In this document: in pieces, positions 16,250-30,912 of the stretch
How positions within the stretch are numbered: position 1 is the first letter of the stretch
How the letters are laid out: every line of letters begins with the position of its first letter
Assembly: GCA_964016885.1 (NCBI GenBank)
Contig: OZ024741.1
Span: forward strand, 123,194,001 to 123,258,000
Length of the DNA stretch: 64,000 nt
From: Eledone cirrhosa
Taxonomy: Eukaryota
Reading direction: 5' to 3'
Notes under the pieces: generated by a model
What the model saw: only the letters and a program-made list of their open reading frames with translations
Told to the model about the DNA's origin: nothing
Databases searched by the model: none
Position numbers and translations under genes: made by a program

Positions 16250-17930
16250 ATTCAACAGAATTGTGATTTGTTTCTTACTGAACTTGTACCAAAAAGGCAA
16301 TTTACAAACTTATAGCAAGTGAGAAAATATATAGGTGTTTATGTAACTTTTATGTGAAGCGCTAACATAGACTTTACAAAAATGAAGCCCTTGGATAATA
16401 CTTGAAGCATTCATTGAGATATCGAGTTTAGATTTCTTCTACAGTTCTGCGATGGACTTCAGCATTGATATATAAATATTTAATGTTACCAAAAGGACTC
16501 TTTCGTGCGCCGTAATTCTGGTAATAGATATAAGAGAATAGTTCGGGTCGATAGATCTAATACAGGGTTGGTATGCGGAGGATCTGATGGAATTCTCATA
16601 TATAAAATCAAATAAAAATTCGTGAAACTAGAAATACGAAGGTACCCTGTGAGGTACGATCTTTTGGAATTTCAAGAAATTTATGCTGAGGAATTCAAAA
16701 TCGATTTACAACTACCAATGTATTTGACAGATATCCTAAAGAGTTATGTCAAGACCTGAATAACGTTGTTTAAGAGCTAGTAACTTATCTCCTTATAAGA
16801 CGAAAAAAAGCAAAAAATGCGAAATTGATTTCAGCAAGCACAATAGACCAGAGACAGGCAAAAATCAATGGGAGATAACAGGGAATTCAGAAGCCTGAAT
16901 AATGAAATACACCATACAGCAAAAACTGATAGAGGCAATTATTTGAAGAATAGATATAAAATAACAGAATAAAATCAACATAAAGAAAGGACTAGAATCT
17001 TCTATAAGAAAATAAAAGTAATTATTGGAATGTAAGTGCAAAGAATGTAATTTCTATCGGAGGAAAGTGAACAAGACATAACTGAATGGGGTAATGATAC
17101 AACACGATGGAATAACGATACAGGAAATTTGTAAAAAAGCGATGTAGAAATTTAGGAAAGTTTTTACACCAATGGAGTGTAAGGGTGTAAACATAAATAA
17201 TGGAAGCGGGTGTACAATGAGTATTTCGTTCTTCCACATTGTCTGTCTGCAAAAATGAGATATTTCTTAATATGTGTTTAACCTGTTTCAGCTTCTAAAA
17301 TATGTTGGAATACAAATTCCTCTTTCCCACAGTGTATTTGCCAACTCAAATTAATTCCAGTTCAAATGCCTTGTCCGTGATTTCAATATGAATATCATGA
17401 AAGAGTTTCGCAATTTCCTTCGGTTCTTGAGTATTCGGCTTATCTTTGGTTCTATTTTTATATTTCGGTTTTAGCATGCTGGAGAGATTCATATTTAACG
17501 CAGTCATAATATCCCTACGATATACCAAAAACCTCTTCACTGAGACACGGTTGAGGAATATCTACTTCATGGTAGCACATGTGCAGGAGATATTTTCATT
17601 GGGTTATTGAAGCAGCTCATGAAGATGATCTTAAGTTAATTAAAACTACACACAAACATTGTTACAATATTTGGATAGACAATGAACATCTGTAGTCTAA
17701 AACCTAGGAAAAGAAAGTATAAATCTCGATTTGATAGATGTGTTAATTACGACAATACAATAATTACAAGACGATGCAAGCAGATTGCTCTGGAAGTTAA
17801 ACAAAACCGACTTCAACCAATTTTAGACACGAAGTTAACTGTAAAGAAGCTGCTTTCATGGCAGGTAGGGCAACAAGATATGAGATTACGGAAATTTGAC
17901 GGATATTGTAAATATTTTAGCAGTACTGAA
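16250..17930 (+). mobile_element. Ancient RTE/BovB-like LINE remnant, possibly with an inverted piece at about 17200-17560
   Basis: Hand translation: YPVRYDLLEF, EFRSLNNEIHHTAKTDRGNYLKNRYK...RTRIFYKKIK and CVNY...QNRLQPILDTKL resemble the BovB linker and RT start. Confidence 0.55.
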
Positions 17931-18099
17931 TAGGGGGGCGGGTACATGTTTCACCTTCATAACAGCAAAGGTTTTTATGATGTAAGACAGGAAATATTTT
18001 GGCCGTAGTATAAATTAGTGTGACAAACTATGTCGTCATTACAAATACAAATACAAATAAAGATACAAATACTTTACTCACAAGAGGAGGCTACGCTGT

Positions 18100-18800
18100 A
18101 GATATAATTTGGGTATATCGAACAAGTTATAGTCAACAAACAGGTTAAACACGTTTGAATACATTTCTCTAACACTGTTAATATGTACAAAGAGGGAGGC
18201 TGAACAGAATTAGGTGACTTGGAATGTGTTAAACTAACTGGACAGTTGCTTAATAATGTGCGATACGAGGAACCTCTGAAACTTATAAGGAGAGAGAAGC
18301 AGATAAAAGAGCAAAATGTATATTGTAACTAAACAAAAAGAAATTGTCAATCATGTCAACCTTAAATGTGCAGGAATTAATGTTTAGGCATCCAATGTTG
18401 GAAGTAATAGATGAGGTTAAATTTATTTATCCAAAAGACATTTCTGAAATGAAATTAAAACACGAGTAACGTTTGGATACGGTGCCATTTTGGTACTATA
18501 GAATATTATGAAAGATACTAATTACAATCTTAAATGGAAAATTTTTCCTCCGCCAAATCATATATGGATATCAGGATTGTCTGCCAGCTTTCCACAAAGA
18601 ATTGTTTGGAGAATCTCCAAAATTGCCATTCAGAACTAATCTCATCTTGTGCATACACACACCATTTAAATACTTAAGATATATCATTTAAGCCATTAAA
18701 TCATCCAAACAAGTAAACAACCAAGAATATTCAAATTTCATCATTTATTAGTTAGTTTTTTCTTTCTTTTATATTTTACATCTAACAATATTTAGTTCAA
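18100..18800 (-). mobile_element. Highly decayed CR1/L2-like RT and 3' remnant
   Basis: Only faint similarity to the QGSILGPLLFLIYIND region. Confidence 0.25.
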
Positions 18801-18916
18801 ACAACTTCATTAAATTTACACGCACAGTCAATCTTAATTTTAATCAAATTTATCTTCACAAAATTTCCCGAATTACACAATTGTCCATTATGTTATCCAC
18901 ACTGATCTTTAGTTTG

Positions 18917-18954
<38 letters not shown>

Positions 18955-19873
18955 CCTTCACCCAAAATGATCGGTACTAAATGATCCATATATCTGTAAA
19001 GATATATATCATTAAATGACGCTTAAACACTTACTCGGTTGTTAAAATTGCCTGACTTAAAATGTACCGAAACAATGATATTCTTAACATGCAACAACAT
19101 ATTTAATAAATTTGTTATCTATAAATATATTTTACGTCACTACAAATTTTTCTTTACCCCCATTAATCATGGTGTATTTGTGTTTCTTCCTATATCTGTT
19201 CTTAAATAGTATGTCTAAAAACGGAAAATTAGTAGAATCGTTAGTTATGGATTAAGTGCTCGCCATTATTAGTTTCTGCCGAGGTCAATTATTCCTTTCA
19301 TTCTTTCAGGGTCGATAAATGAATAAAAGTTAAGCGTGGTAGCAGGGCGATATCGTTTTCGGCTTTTTTTTTTTGTGTGCCAAACTGTGAAGTGATGAGG
19401 GTAAACTTGCAAGCACGGTGTTTTGATAACATATCTACAACCTCTCCTAAGCCTGTGCATTGAAAATCAACCTTCTATGTAACATCCATTATCTCTGTAG
19501 ACCAATGGAAGGTATAATCAACGTAGCTCTAATAAAGTTGCACGCCATTCCCTGTGAACTATAGAGCAACAATATGATTACAAAAGAGACATCACCATTT
19601 AATATATGGAATATTATATATATACAAATCTAACAGTGATCTGATTTTAACATAATATTTTAACATAATATTTACAATGTTTGACACCATCTATATACTA
19701 CTAAAACTCTGTGATTGTCTGTAATTTAATACAGCCAAAACGGCGCATAATCGTAAAATAGTTTGAAAGGATGTTGTCCCTGAAATGGGAATACACATGA
19801 AATAATACAAGTTTGGTATAATTTGGGGCACGGGTTCCCGAGATACGGGGTTCTTCCGGGTACTTTCATAAAT

Positions 19874-20132
<259 letters not shown>

Positions 20133-21284
20133 TCGTGTTGTTGTTGAATGAAATTATAACAAGTGACTTCAATGAATCCAATACAACATTACTGTATCTA
20201 ATTCGAATTTGATGACTGAATATTAAGTCATATTAGCATATAACTTGTGTTAGGACAGGACGTGAGTAAATAGGAAAGTTTTCTAAATGTGTGTGTTTGT
20301 GTGTATATATATAGATAAGTTCACCGTTTCTAATAGTGATATACTTCTGTTACTGGATTACGTCATCACCTGCAGCCATGCTTGCACACTGCATTAACAA
20401 TTGCTAATCTTGAACCACGTACATATATATATATCAAGTTCATTATTCATTTCATCAATGTCTATTTGTCGAACCGCTAAGGTATGTGTCATGATCACTG
20501 ACACGGATAATCACACACGCATACAAACGTAGGAACACACCCATACACACATACATACACACACACACACACACACTCTCACACACACACCCCTCACATA
20601 CTGCAGCTATGCTGGGGTTGTAATTTATATTGTAAAGACAATGTCTTATGTTAAAATCGAATAACAACAAAAGAAACCGGATTTAGCTTTGAGTTTCCTA
20701 TTTCTAGTTCTTTCTTTCTCCTTTTGTTATTTGTTGAATATTTTCAGTTATTGGCCATAAAGGGGCTTTATATGTGAATTTCTTATAGAATGATATTTTA
20801 TAATCCAACATAATCAGATTTGCAGCTTAGATGTTTTTTTGTGTTTTTCTTTTTCGTAAGTTCTGTTATTGTTTTCCGCCATCGACCTCAGAAATATCGG
20901 TTACATGAAGCTCACTATCGTGTTTATTGACTTTATGTAAACAGGAAATGGTTCTTGTCTCTTTCATGTTTTGTATATCTTGGTATTTTCTTTTTTTACT
21001 ATATATAATATTATAACGCTACACGTGATATTTCATAATACTTTATATCTCAATGTAGTGAATATTTACCTCAATTTATTTGTGGTAAATATAATCATTC
21101 CTTGTCGAATCTATACACCGTATTCAGTTAAACGCGAGCAAGTATTGAGTTGCATAAAATCTCAAAAGGATGGAAGACATTCTAATGACACGATTCATGT
21201 CAAAATGGAAGAGAATAGCTCAGTTCATGTATAAGGGCCACTGTATAAGCAATGTATAAGAGCCACTGATAACCTAGTCAATAC

Positions 21285-21420
21285 ATTGTGGATATTGATG
21301 ACTATTCACATCTGATTTTCTGATAAATTGAGTGTGACCAGTGATGTATGCTGACATCTGATAGTCTGGTCAATCGATTGTGAACAGTGATGTATAATGA
21401 CATCTGCTAGTCTAGTCAAT
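21285..21420. repeat. About 46 bp minisatellite, 2 clear copies plus 1 degenerate
   Basis: TGTGA.CAGTGATGTAT..TGACATCTG.TAGTCT.GTCAAT at 21333 and 21379. Confidence 0.75.
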
Positions 21421-21586
21421 CCAAAGATTGTGAATTTAATCGCTATTTCCTGCCTTACTAATATTTTATAAACTGAATTTTACATCAAATCCTCTACTGA
21501 ATCGGTGTACTGCCTGTAGCAGTGTTTTTATAATGTATCATCTATAACATGCAGCGTGTTGTCAAATATGTATAAAAGATATCTAA

Positions 21587-21770
21587 TTGTTTCTACTTTT
21601 GGCACAAGGCCAGCAAATACCCAGTGCATTACTGGTATTTTATTTTATCGACCCCGAAAGGATGAAAGGCAAAGTTAACCTCGGCGGGATTTGAACTCAG
21701 AATGGCAAGGGCCGTAACTCTATGCGTCAAAGCATGGCGTCCGACCCTCTACCGGTACTGCCAATCCACC
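21587..21770 (-). mobile_element. SINE S1, near full length
   Basis: A-box-like TGGCAGTACCGG, B-box GAGTTCAAATCC, core and tail; flanks GATATCTAAT / GATATATAAT. Confidence 0.88.
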
Positions 21771-21899
21771 GATATATAATGTTTTCATTCATATCTAACC
21801 TGGTTTAGCATGTTTACTAAACGTGTTAACAACAGGCAAACAATGTAAATGTTTGTCACACAATTAGAGACACATAATGATGCAACATATGAAAGTTTC

Positions 21900-22160
21900 G
21901 TGGGCTTCTAGCGCCTGGGCTTGTTGAACTTGCGATCATAGTTTCATGGATTCGATTTCTTGACTGGGATATGTGGTATGTTCTTAAGCAAAACACTTCA
22001 TTTAGCTCCAGGATAATCAGCTGAAGATGAGTACCGAAAATAGTTGGTAATTTAAGAGTTTAACCCTGCAATGGATTGGTGCCATATCCAGATAGAAGTC
22101 TTGTACTCTGAGTAGCTTCACGCCTCCGAAACCGGGATAAACTGCGGCCTTATGAGGATC
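21900..22160 (+). mobile_element. Ancient CORE-type SINE, family S3
   Basis: TGTTCTTAAGCAAAACACTT, AACCCTGCAATGGATTGG and GCTTCACGCCTCCGAAACCGGGATAA recall widespread metazoan SINE2 bodies (from memory). Confidence 0.5.
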
Positions 22161-22343
22161 GGATTTCGAGACAATCATTAGAGATATAAGAATCCCCCAA
22201 TGTGTTACAGAATTAATACCACTTGCTGGTGGTACGCAGCTTTCAAGAATTGAGTGGACTGGTACAGTATGAAATGAAGTGGCTTGTTCAATGGTAAGTT
22301 ACACACAATAAAGATGCCATGCAGTGACCTCTAATTCGGTGCC

Positions 22344-22376
<33 letters not shown>

Positions 22377-22377
<1 letters not shown>

Positions 22378-22580
22378 TGTTTCTACTTTAGGCACAAGGG
22401 CAGCAATTACTCAGTACATTACTGGTACTTTATTTTATCGTCCCCGTAAGGATGAAAGGCAAAGTTAATCTCGGCGGGATTTGAACTCAGACTGTAAAGG
22501 GACAATGGCAAGGGCCGTAACTCTATACGTCAAAGCACAGCGTCCGACCCTATATCGATACTGCCAATACACCGCCCTTA
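22377..22580 (-). mobile_element. SINE S1, full length, between (AAT)n tracts
   Basis: Complete head TAAGGGCGGTG through tail GTAGAAACAATT. Confidence 0.88.
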
Positions 22581-22581
22581 T

Positions 22582-22646
<65 letters not shown>

Positions 22647-22679
22647 GTTTTGTGTTTAAGTTGAGTTTAAGTTTTGGGC

Positions 22680-23444
22680 TCAAGGCGGATAGGGTATTAT
22701 GGAATCGCTCCCGTAAGTTTTTGATTCTTTACATATTTAAAACAATTGTGATACAATAATTCTTATTACGTAAGATATCAGTCTTACCTCTCAGGAAGTG
22801 GCAACGCATCACATTGCGGCATAGGGCTCCAATATGTAATATTTAATTTAATATTTAATGTTGTACCAGAAATCTTATAGTCAGAAAAGTAAATGGCTAG
22901 AAAATAACAGCCAAATAACTTCACCACCAGCACCACCACCACCGCCGCCGCCACCATCACCATCACCACTACCACAAAACATCTAACCAAAAACAGACCG
23001 GCACCATCCCTATGGCGCTGCTGTCCCATCACCACCGCCGCCTCTGCATCGTCGCTGCCGCCACTGATCCCTCACTGCTTGAGAGAGGAGTGGTGATGCC
23101 GCTATGCATGAAGGGAAGCGAGCAAAGTATCAAAAGATATAAATAGACTGGGTTAGTGACTCGGTCAAACAGCTAACAACAACAACAACAACACCAAAAT
23201 AATTATGTTGTTATATCTCTAATCTCTCACAAAACGTTTAGTTTAAACAATGTCAAATCTAAACAATAATATAATAATAATAAGTGCTTCTGCTTTTGGA
23301 ACGGGGCCAGCAATTGTCCCGGGGTGTTGCAGGTGCTTTGTGGAGTCGGCCACGTAGGGATGAAAGGGAAAAAAATTATAGAACACAACACAGACAGAGG
23401 CAAACGCAACAAAAGTTTTGAACACAACAACCCCTGCTTCTCTT

Positions 23445-23475
<31 letters not shown>

Positions 23476-26400
23476 CTAGTAACCGCTGTTATTGGCCTTG
23501 TAAAACGAAAAACGCAAAGGAGAAAAACAAACAAAAAAGGGAGAGAGAGAAAGGAAAGAAAAGCTAAGTCAGACATTCAAACATTACGATGAATCTTGTG
23601 TTTGTTTTTTTTTTGTTTTTTTTTAGGTTTTTATCTATTTGTTTGTTTGTTTATTTATGTCCGTCTACAGCGTGACGGTGCCACACTAAAATCACCGGGG
23701 GGTGATGAAATCACCGGTAGTTATGTAACCATACATTCACCAATCCTCGATATGAGTGCTCAAATGTCGAAGCTAAACAGTTCGAATAACGGTGAAGTGG
23801 AGACTCGAATGTCATGTGACAGACTCTCACCCAGCAGGTGCTCCCTGGCCCAGCAGCAGGGACCTGGCTGTCATCCAAATACTGCTGGTGTTGGAGGAAG
23901 AGGAAGGAAAGGGACCAGAACCAACTGGACGAAAGAAATGAATAGAGCTGTTATGCAATGTTACCTGAAGAGTAACCCCAAGGAAAAAGGCTATAGGAAA
24001 CGGATGCATAATATCTGGAACGAGATTGGTCTATTTAAATTAGATGAACAAAAATTGGCCAGGCAGGCTCGGGTAATAAGAACTAATGGGTAGATAAGCG
24101 AGTTGGAACTGGAGGAACTGAGCAGAGAGATTAGGTTGGAAATGAATGGAGAGTGGAGTATGCCAGGCAAACGAACCAGTGGGAAATGAAGGTGAAGATG
24201 TTGAGAGACCTGAGGAAGCATCCGAAGCAGACAATGATCTGAATGCTGAAGTAAATAATACCTGGAACAAAGATACGGCCATTGAGGAAATGAATGCTGA
24301 CGGGCTAGGACAAGATTTGGTTGATATCCTAAACTTAGTGGTAGATGAAATGAACAATGATAGTGGGAAACCTATGAACCTAAGATTTGTAGACAGGAAA
24401 AAGTTAAAAGAAACAACAGCTAAGGTAAACAAATTTTCCCATACCTTGAGGCGAGGAGCCTTCACCAGTGCAACAATATACTCAAAGCAACAGCAAATGC
24501 GGTGAGGAAATTACTTGGCATAAAATCGAGAGGAAACAACAAACAAGAAAGATCAGAACATTGGTGGAAGAAACGACTGAATGGTCAAATCAGGGAAATG
24601 AGAAATGACATTGGAAAGCTTGAGTCCCTACTGAATGGGACACTAAAAAACATAGACACTAAAAATAGACTGTAAATAAAGTACAAATCTAGGAAGAAAA
24701 AGCTAAATATTATCATAGAAGAACTGAAACAACGCATTGTAGCAAAGAGTGAAAAAAAGATTAGGCGGTATGAGAGCAGAGTCAGTCAGTATAGACAGAA
24801 CCGCATGTTTGACAACAACAGAAGATGTTTGGGCAGCTTGAAGGGAAAGAAAAAAGCAACGACTTGATTGCTGAGGTAGAACCGGCTAAGACATTCTGGA
24901 GAGGAATATGGGAGCAGGATGTTGAACATAATGATCAGGCAGTGTGGATTCAGACAGTACAAAAGGAGATTATTGAACAAGCACACCAACACACTGATTT
25001 AAGTATCACAGTTGAAACTCTTAAAGGGCAGGCCAGAAAACTAACCAACTGGAAATCACCAAGCCCAGATGGAGTGCAGGGGTATTGGATTAAAAATATA
25101 ACATCCCTCCACCCGAAACTGACAACCATGTTCAATGACTGCTTGATGTCAGGTGAGGTACCAGAGTGGTTGAAAAAAGGTCCCACAGTTCTGGTAATGA
25201 AAGACCGAATCAAGGGTAATGATGTTACCAACTATAGACCTATCAAATGTCTGCCCGTAATGTGGAAACTGTTGTCTGAGGAAATCTACCATCATCTCCA
25301 CACAAACAACTTGTTACCGGACGAACAGAAAGAATGCCGAAAGAATTCCCGTGGTACAAAGGACCAGTTACTTATTGATAAGATGGTAATGAGGAATTGC
25401 AAGAGGAGACACACCAGTCTTGCCATGGGATGGATAGACTATAAAAAGGCATTTGACATGGTGCCTCATTCTTGTATCACCAAAAGCCTAGATATATTCA
25501 AGGTGGCAGATAACATCAGACAGTTGTTGATCAAAGGTATGAAGTCTTAGAAAACAGAGTTAACATCAGCTGGAGAATCCTTGGGATGCGTGAAGATCAA
25601 GAGAGGTATCTTCCAGGGAGATAGTCTGTCCCCTCTGTTGCTTGTCCTTGCCCTGATGCCCCTGACCATTATACTGCGAAAAGTGAGAGCAGGATACAAG
25701 TTGGGAAAGGGAGAGCTTACGATCAATCACCTCCTCTTCATGGACGATCTTAAGCTCTTCGGGAAGAGTGAGAAGGAGTTGGATGTACTTGTTGACACAG
25801 TCCGTATTTTCAGCAATGATATATGTATGCAATTTGGTATTAGTAAGTGTGGAGTCCTTGCGATGAAGAGGGGTAAATTGAGCAGAAGCAACGGTGAGAT
25901 GATGAAGGTGAGATGATAAAGGAAATTGACACTGAAGAAGGATACAAGTATTTGGGTGTTCTGGAGACTGATGACATCCAGAACAAAAAAATTAAGGAAT
26001 TGATAAGATCTGAATACATTCGGAGAGTAAGGAGCGTATTAAAGTCACATCTGAACAGTAGGAATGCCATAAGTGCAGTAAATTCCCGAGCTGTGGTTAT
26101 TATTAAGTACAGTGCGGGAATTCTGAGATGGAATATTGCTGAACAAAAAGAAATGGATAGGAAGACTAGGAAGCTCTTGACTATCTACAACATGTTCCAC
26201 AAGAGGAGATAGACTCCACTTAAGGAGATCTGAAGGTGGAAGTGATCTTATCAGCAGAGAGGACTGTGTTCAGGTGGAGAACAACAACCTACACAAATAC
26301 GTAACTTATAGTAGGGAGTCAATGCTCAGAATTTTACTGAAGGAGAGGACAATAGACCAGGGGATGTCCAAGAACGAAATAACAACAAGGAGAAAGGGCA

Positions 26401-26919
26401 ACCTTCATGAAACATTCCCTCATAGTACCTTCTTTGAGAAAACTGAATTCAGAGATCCACAGACATGGAACTGGTTGAAAAGAGGACACCTTAAAAAGGC
26501 TACAGAAGGAATGCTAATGGCTGCGCAAGAGCAAGCCCTCAAAACGAAGTGGCTGAAACACCATATTTACAAGGAGGGGGCTAGCCCACTGTGCAGGATC
26601 TGTGGAGAGAGTGAGGAGACTGTGGCTCACATTGTATCCGAGTGTAAACACCTAGCCCAGACTCACTATAAAGGCTGGAGACATGATGGGCAAGGTGATC
26701 CACTGGCACCTTTGCAAAGTAAACAATTTACCACATTCTGAGAAGTGGTATGAGCATAAGCCAGAATCGGTGATAGAAAACGATCAGGTGAAGGTGCTGT
26801 GGGATTTTAGGATACAGACGGACAAGAAACTGGAACACAATAGACCTGACCTGGTAGTTTAGGACAAGGAAAAAAGATCGTGCCTGATTGTGGATGTGGC
26901 CTGCCCATTCTCACACGAG
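22680..26919 (+). mobile_element. R4/Dong-clade non-LTR retrotransposon copy 1, decayed, 3' truncated in the REL domain
   Basis: RTNWTKEMNRAVMQCY; WKSPSPDGVQGYWIK; WIDYKKAFDMVPHS; GIFQGDSLSPLL; HLLFMDDLKLF; CRICGESEETVAHIVSEC; RPDLVV and DVACPF; downstream of (AAT)n. Confidence 0.92.
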
Positions 26920-29301
26920 AGGCGAAGATATGCCGCCATGAATGAAGAGGAGCTGGCTGAACAACGCCAACGAAACAATGGAGCCAAGCAGCGACGGCGT
27001 GCTGCGATCGTTGAAGACGAACTGGCTGAGCATCATCAGCAGATGGCCAGAATTAAGCAGCAACGGCGTGCTGCGATGGATGAAGAGGAGCTGGCTGAAC
27101 AGCGCCAGCGCTATACAGAAGTTCAGAGAATGTGTCGCCAAAGTGCTCCTCATTCCAGTAAAGAGGCTAGAAGGCGAACGGATGATATTAAAAATGGATC
27201 ATGGCAACCGTGTCATTTTCAGATTGGTGGATGAACAGAGTGTCCACATTGTGGAGCATTGCTTTGGAGGCACAAAAAGACGTGGACCACAGTTCAACTA
27301 GAACCCTTGCGAATGCCGGATGATGAGGAGTCACCGGAGTTTAAAATACTAAGTATGTGGGGTGATCAATGAGACCGGGGTAGATTACTGCGCAAATATT
27401 CGCGCCAAATTAACATTCATTAGCTTTAGCATCGCAGAGTGTTAGTGAGATGTTTGAGAGAGGAATATGGCAACCGAATGTAGTCATTCAAGGCCTTTTG
27501 TATCATTGTATCGGTAATTTAGAAGTTACCCCAGGAGAGAGGCCTCGATTCGCTCAAATTTACGTTAACGATCCAGATTATAGTGAATCGGAGGAGCATA
27601 TCAGGATCGGTTGGATGAAGTTGCCGGGAAATATAACTAAACTTGAACGGCAAAGTATAAGTCATTTGATCCGTGATTTGCAATCATGGCTTAGACAGTG
27701 TAACCCTTATGTCATGGATTTCATGTTGGTGGCTGAACTGCAAAATGTTCAGCAACAAACATTGTTGATTACGCCTGACGCAGTGCCAAGGAATCAACAC
27801 GAACAGCGATATAAGGTCCCTGGACGATTTCGTGAAGTTGCTGTGTTGAAGGACGATAAGCCTGGATCGAGAGATATCGTCCACAATCGCAGCGATGGTG
27901 GTCTCAAGACTATCAATGAGTCAAATAGGGCATACGATCCATTTCATAATGTTCTTTTATTCCCAAAAGATGAAAATGGTTGGAACATGTCTGTTCATTT
28001 AGATGATCATGAGAATCAGCATCAACAGGGAGGCGGCAATAGACACAATAATTCGATTCGCGGAGTTTACGCGTTCCATTTGAACGAGAGGAATCAACAG
28101 AGAAATGCGCTATTTCAAGCCAGCAGATTGTTCCAGGAATACTGTTGTATGGCATTCGCAAAGATCGAAAATCAAAGGCTAAATTATATAGCTACACATC
28201 AGAACATATCAGAGCTGAATTGTATAATAATATACAGGATGCGATAACAGCTGATGATGCCAAATTGGTCGATGCAACATTCTGCCATCGACGTTCATCG
28301 GCGGCCCGAGATATATGAACATTCGTTATCAGGATGCAATGGATATTGTCAGAAAGTTTGGAAAGCCAGATTTGTTTATAACGGTTACATGCAATCCTGA
28401 ATGGACTGATATTAAGGATGGACTTTTGCCAGGACAACAGCCAAAGGACCGTCCTGATATTGTGGCAAGAGTATTCAAAGGATATTCATTCCGAGGATCA
28501 TGCTGAGATCAAGTGAAGATCTGCTGCCATTCATCTGGCAAAGGAGAGAGTTCCCGTCAATTTGGCCTTCTCCATGACTGTCAACAAGGCTCAGGGACAG
28601 ACTTTCAAGCGAGTCTGTGTCTACTTGACTGATCCAGCATTCAGCCATGGGCAACTGTAGTTGCTTCATCTCGATTTGCGATCCTGCTGCAATTGATACC
28701 ACTAACAGAGGAACAACCCTGAATATTGTCTATAATGAAGCTTTGAGCTGATGTATGCATATGTTTAATGCTATCAATAAGCGACATAAATGATTCGGAC
28801 ATTGGTGTCCTTTGATCAGTATTGTGAGCTTTGACGGAGTTATCATTTCTGTTTAATGTCATATATTGTCGATAATGAGCAATAAAAACCAACACGTATT
28901 GGTAGAAATTGCCTTCAAATTTAACGCTTCTTATTGCGGTGGTAATAAAACCTCATCATATGCTGAGTCTGGCAAAAAGGTTGGATCCTATGGTCGGCAA
29001 AGGCTAGCGTAATATTGAAAAACGATTCTATTTTCGAAGTAAAAGAATCCACAATTTGGAGTTCAAAGCAGGCCACCTCCCCGAGTTGAATTCTGGGCAA
29101 CATTGACTGTCTATTACTCAGTGACTAAGAGCTTGGAAATTACTGAATAAATTTTTGTGTCATATAAATTGTTGTTTTATTATTATAGCTGACGACTTAT
29201 AGATAAGCATGTTATCCATATCCATATTAATTTGGCATTTGTGTAAACCATTCAAGTAAATAGGGATCCTTTTTACAATGACGGGCATCTTTTATATTAA
29301 T
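26913..29301 (+). mobile_element. Helitron RepHel remnant with a large internal deletion
   Basis: Charged N-terminal repeats; QGLLYHCIG..PRFAQIY; YDPFHNVLLFP; RLFQEY; GKPDLFITVTCNPEW (Rep motif 1); then Pif1 C-terminal MTVNKAQGQT..FSHGQL. Confidence 0.9.
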
Positions 29302-29303
29302 TA

Positions 29304-29645
29304 TCTATATCTATATCTACATATAATATAAAAGATTGGAAGTTCCATAATTCTTTTGAGAAACGTGGAACAACCACGTGTATGCAATGATACACGTTTT
29401 ACAGTCAGGCAGAAGATGAACCATCTCCTAGAGGTCACTATTCTAGGTTGGAGCACCTAGAATTGTTCATATACTATGCACAAACGGAACAACGAAGAAT
29501 CTGTTATATCTGGAAGATTTTTTAAACTTTTTTTTGTATCACACAACACCACGGACTCGCCTCATACTGTAACCAGAAAAACATCCAACACAGTCATTTT
29601 CTCTTATCATCTGTTTAACCGGGCGAAGCTGGGTACGTCAGCTAG
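29304..29645 (+). mobile_element. Non-autonomous mini-Helitron
   Basis: A|TCTATATC...ATAAAAG start; hairpin CCGGGCGAAGCTGG (29619-29632); CTAG|T end. Confidence 0.75.
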
Positions 29646-29756
29646 TATTTATCTATTTCCAACAGAAATGTCTTCCTCGTGAATTAAACCGTTTTATTTG
29701 TTTGAAATCTTTCCGCAAGCTTTGAAACAAATTAAACAGCTCTACACTTGTCGAGG

Positions 29757-30655
<899 letters not shown>

Positions 30656-30819
30656 GTTTAAATGATATATGTTTGGGAGTTGGTCGATATATATTTGATT
30701 ACAGGAATTATTCTAAAATAATTCCGTTTGTAAAATGGAAATATATATTGCACTAATTTCCTTCTTTATCTTTCTCTTTTCTCCCATTCCTCCTTCCTCT
30801 CCAGGTTTATTATTATTAT

Positions 30820-30890
30820 TGGGGTCGATAAAATAAAGTATCATTAATGCACTGGGTAATTGCTGGCCTTGTGGCAAAAGTAGAAACAAT
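30820..30890 (+). mobile_element. SINE S1 3' fragment, tail-to-tail with Dong copy 2
   Basis: GGGGTCGATAAAATAAAG...GTAGAAACAATT then (ATT)n. Confidence 0.8.
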
Positions 30891-30912
30891 TATTATTATT
30901 ATTATTATTATT

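Noticed and set aside
21230-21425. CRISPR-like repeat-spacer pattern
   Set aside because: Contiguous degenerate minisatellite with no unique spacers or cas genes, in a eukaryotic context.
22680-23760. HDV-like ribozyme in the Dong 5' UTR
   Set aside because: Could not build the nested double pseudoknot by eye; needs a descriptor search.
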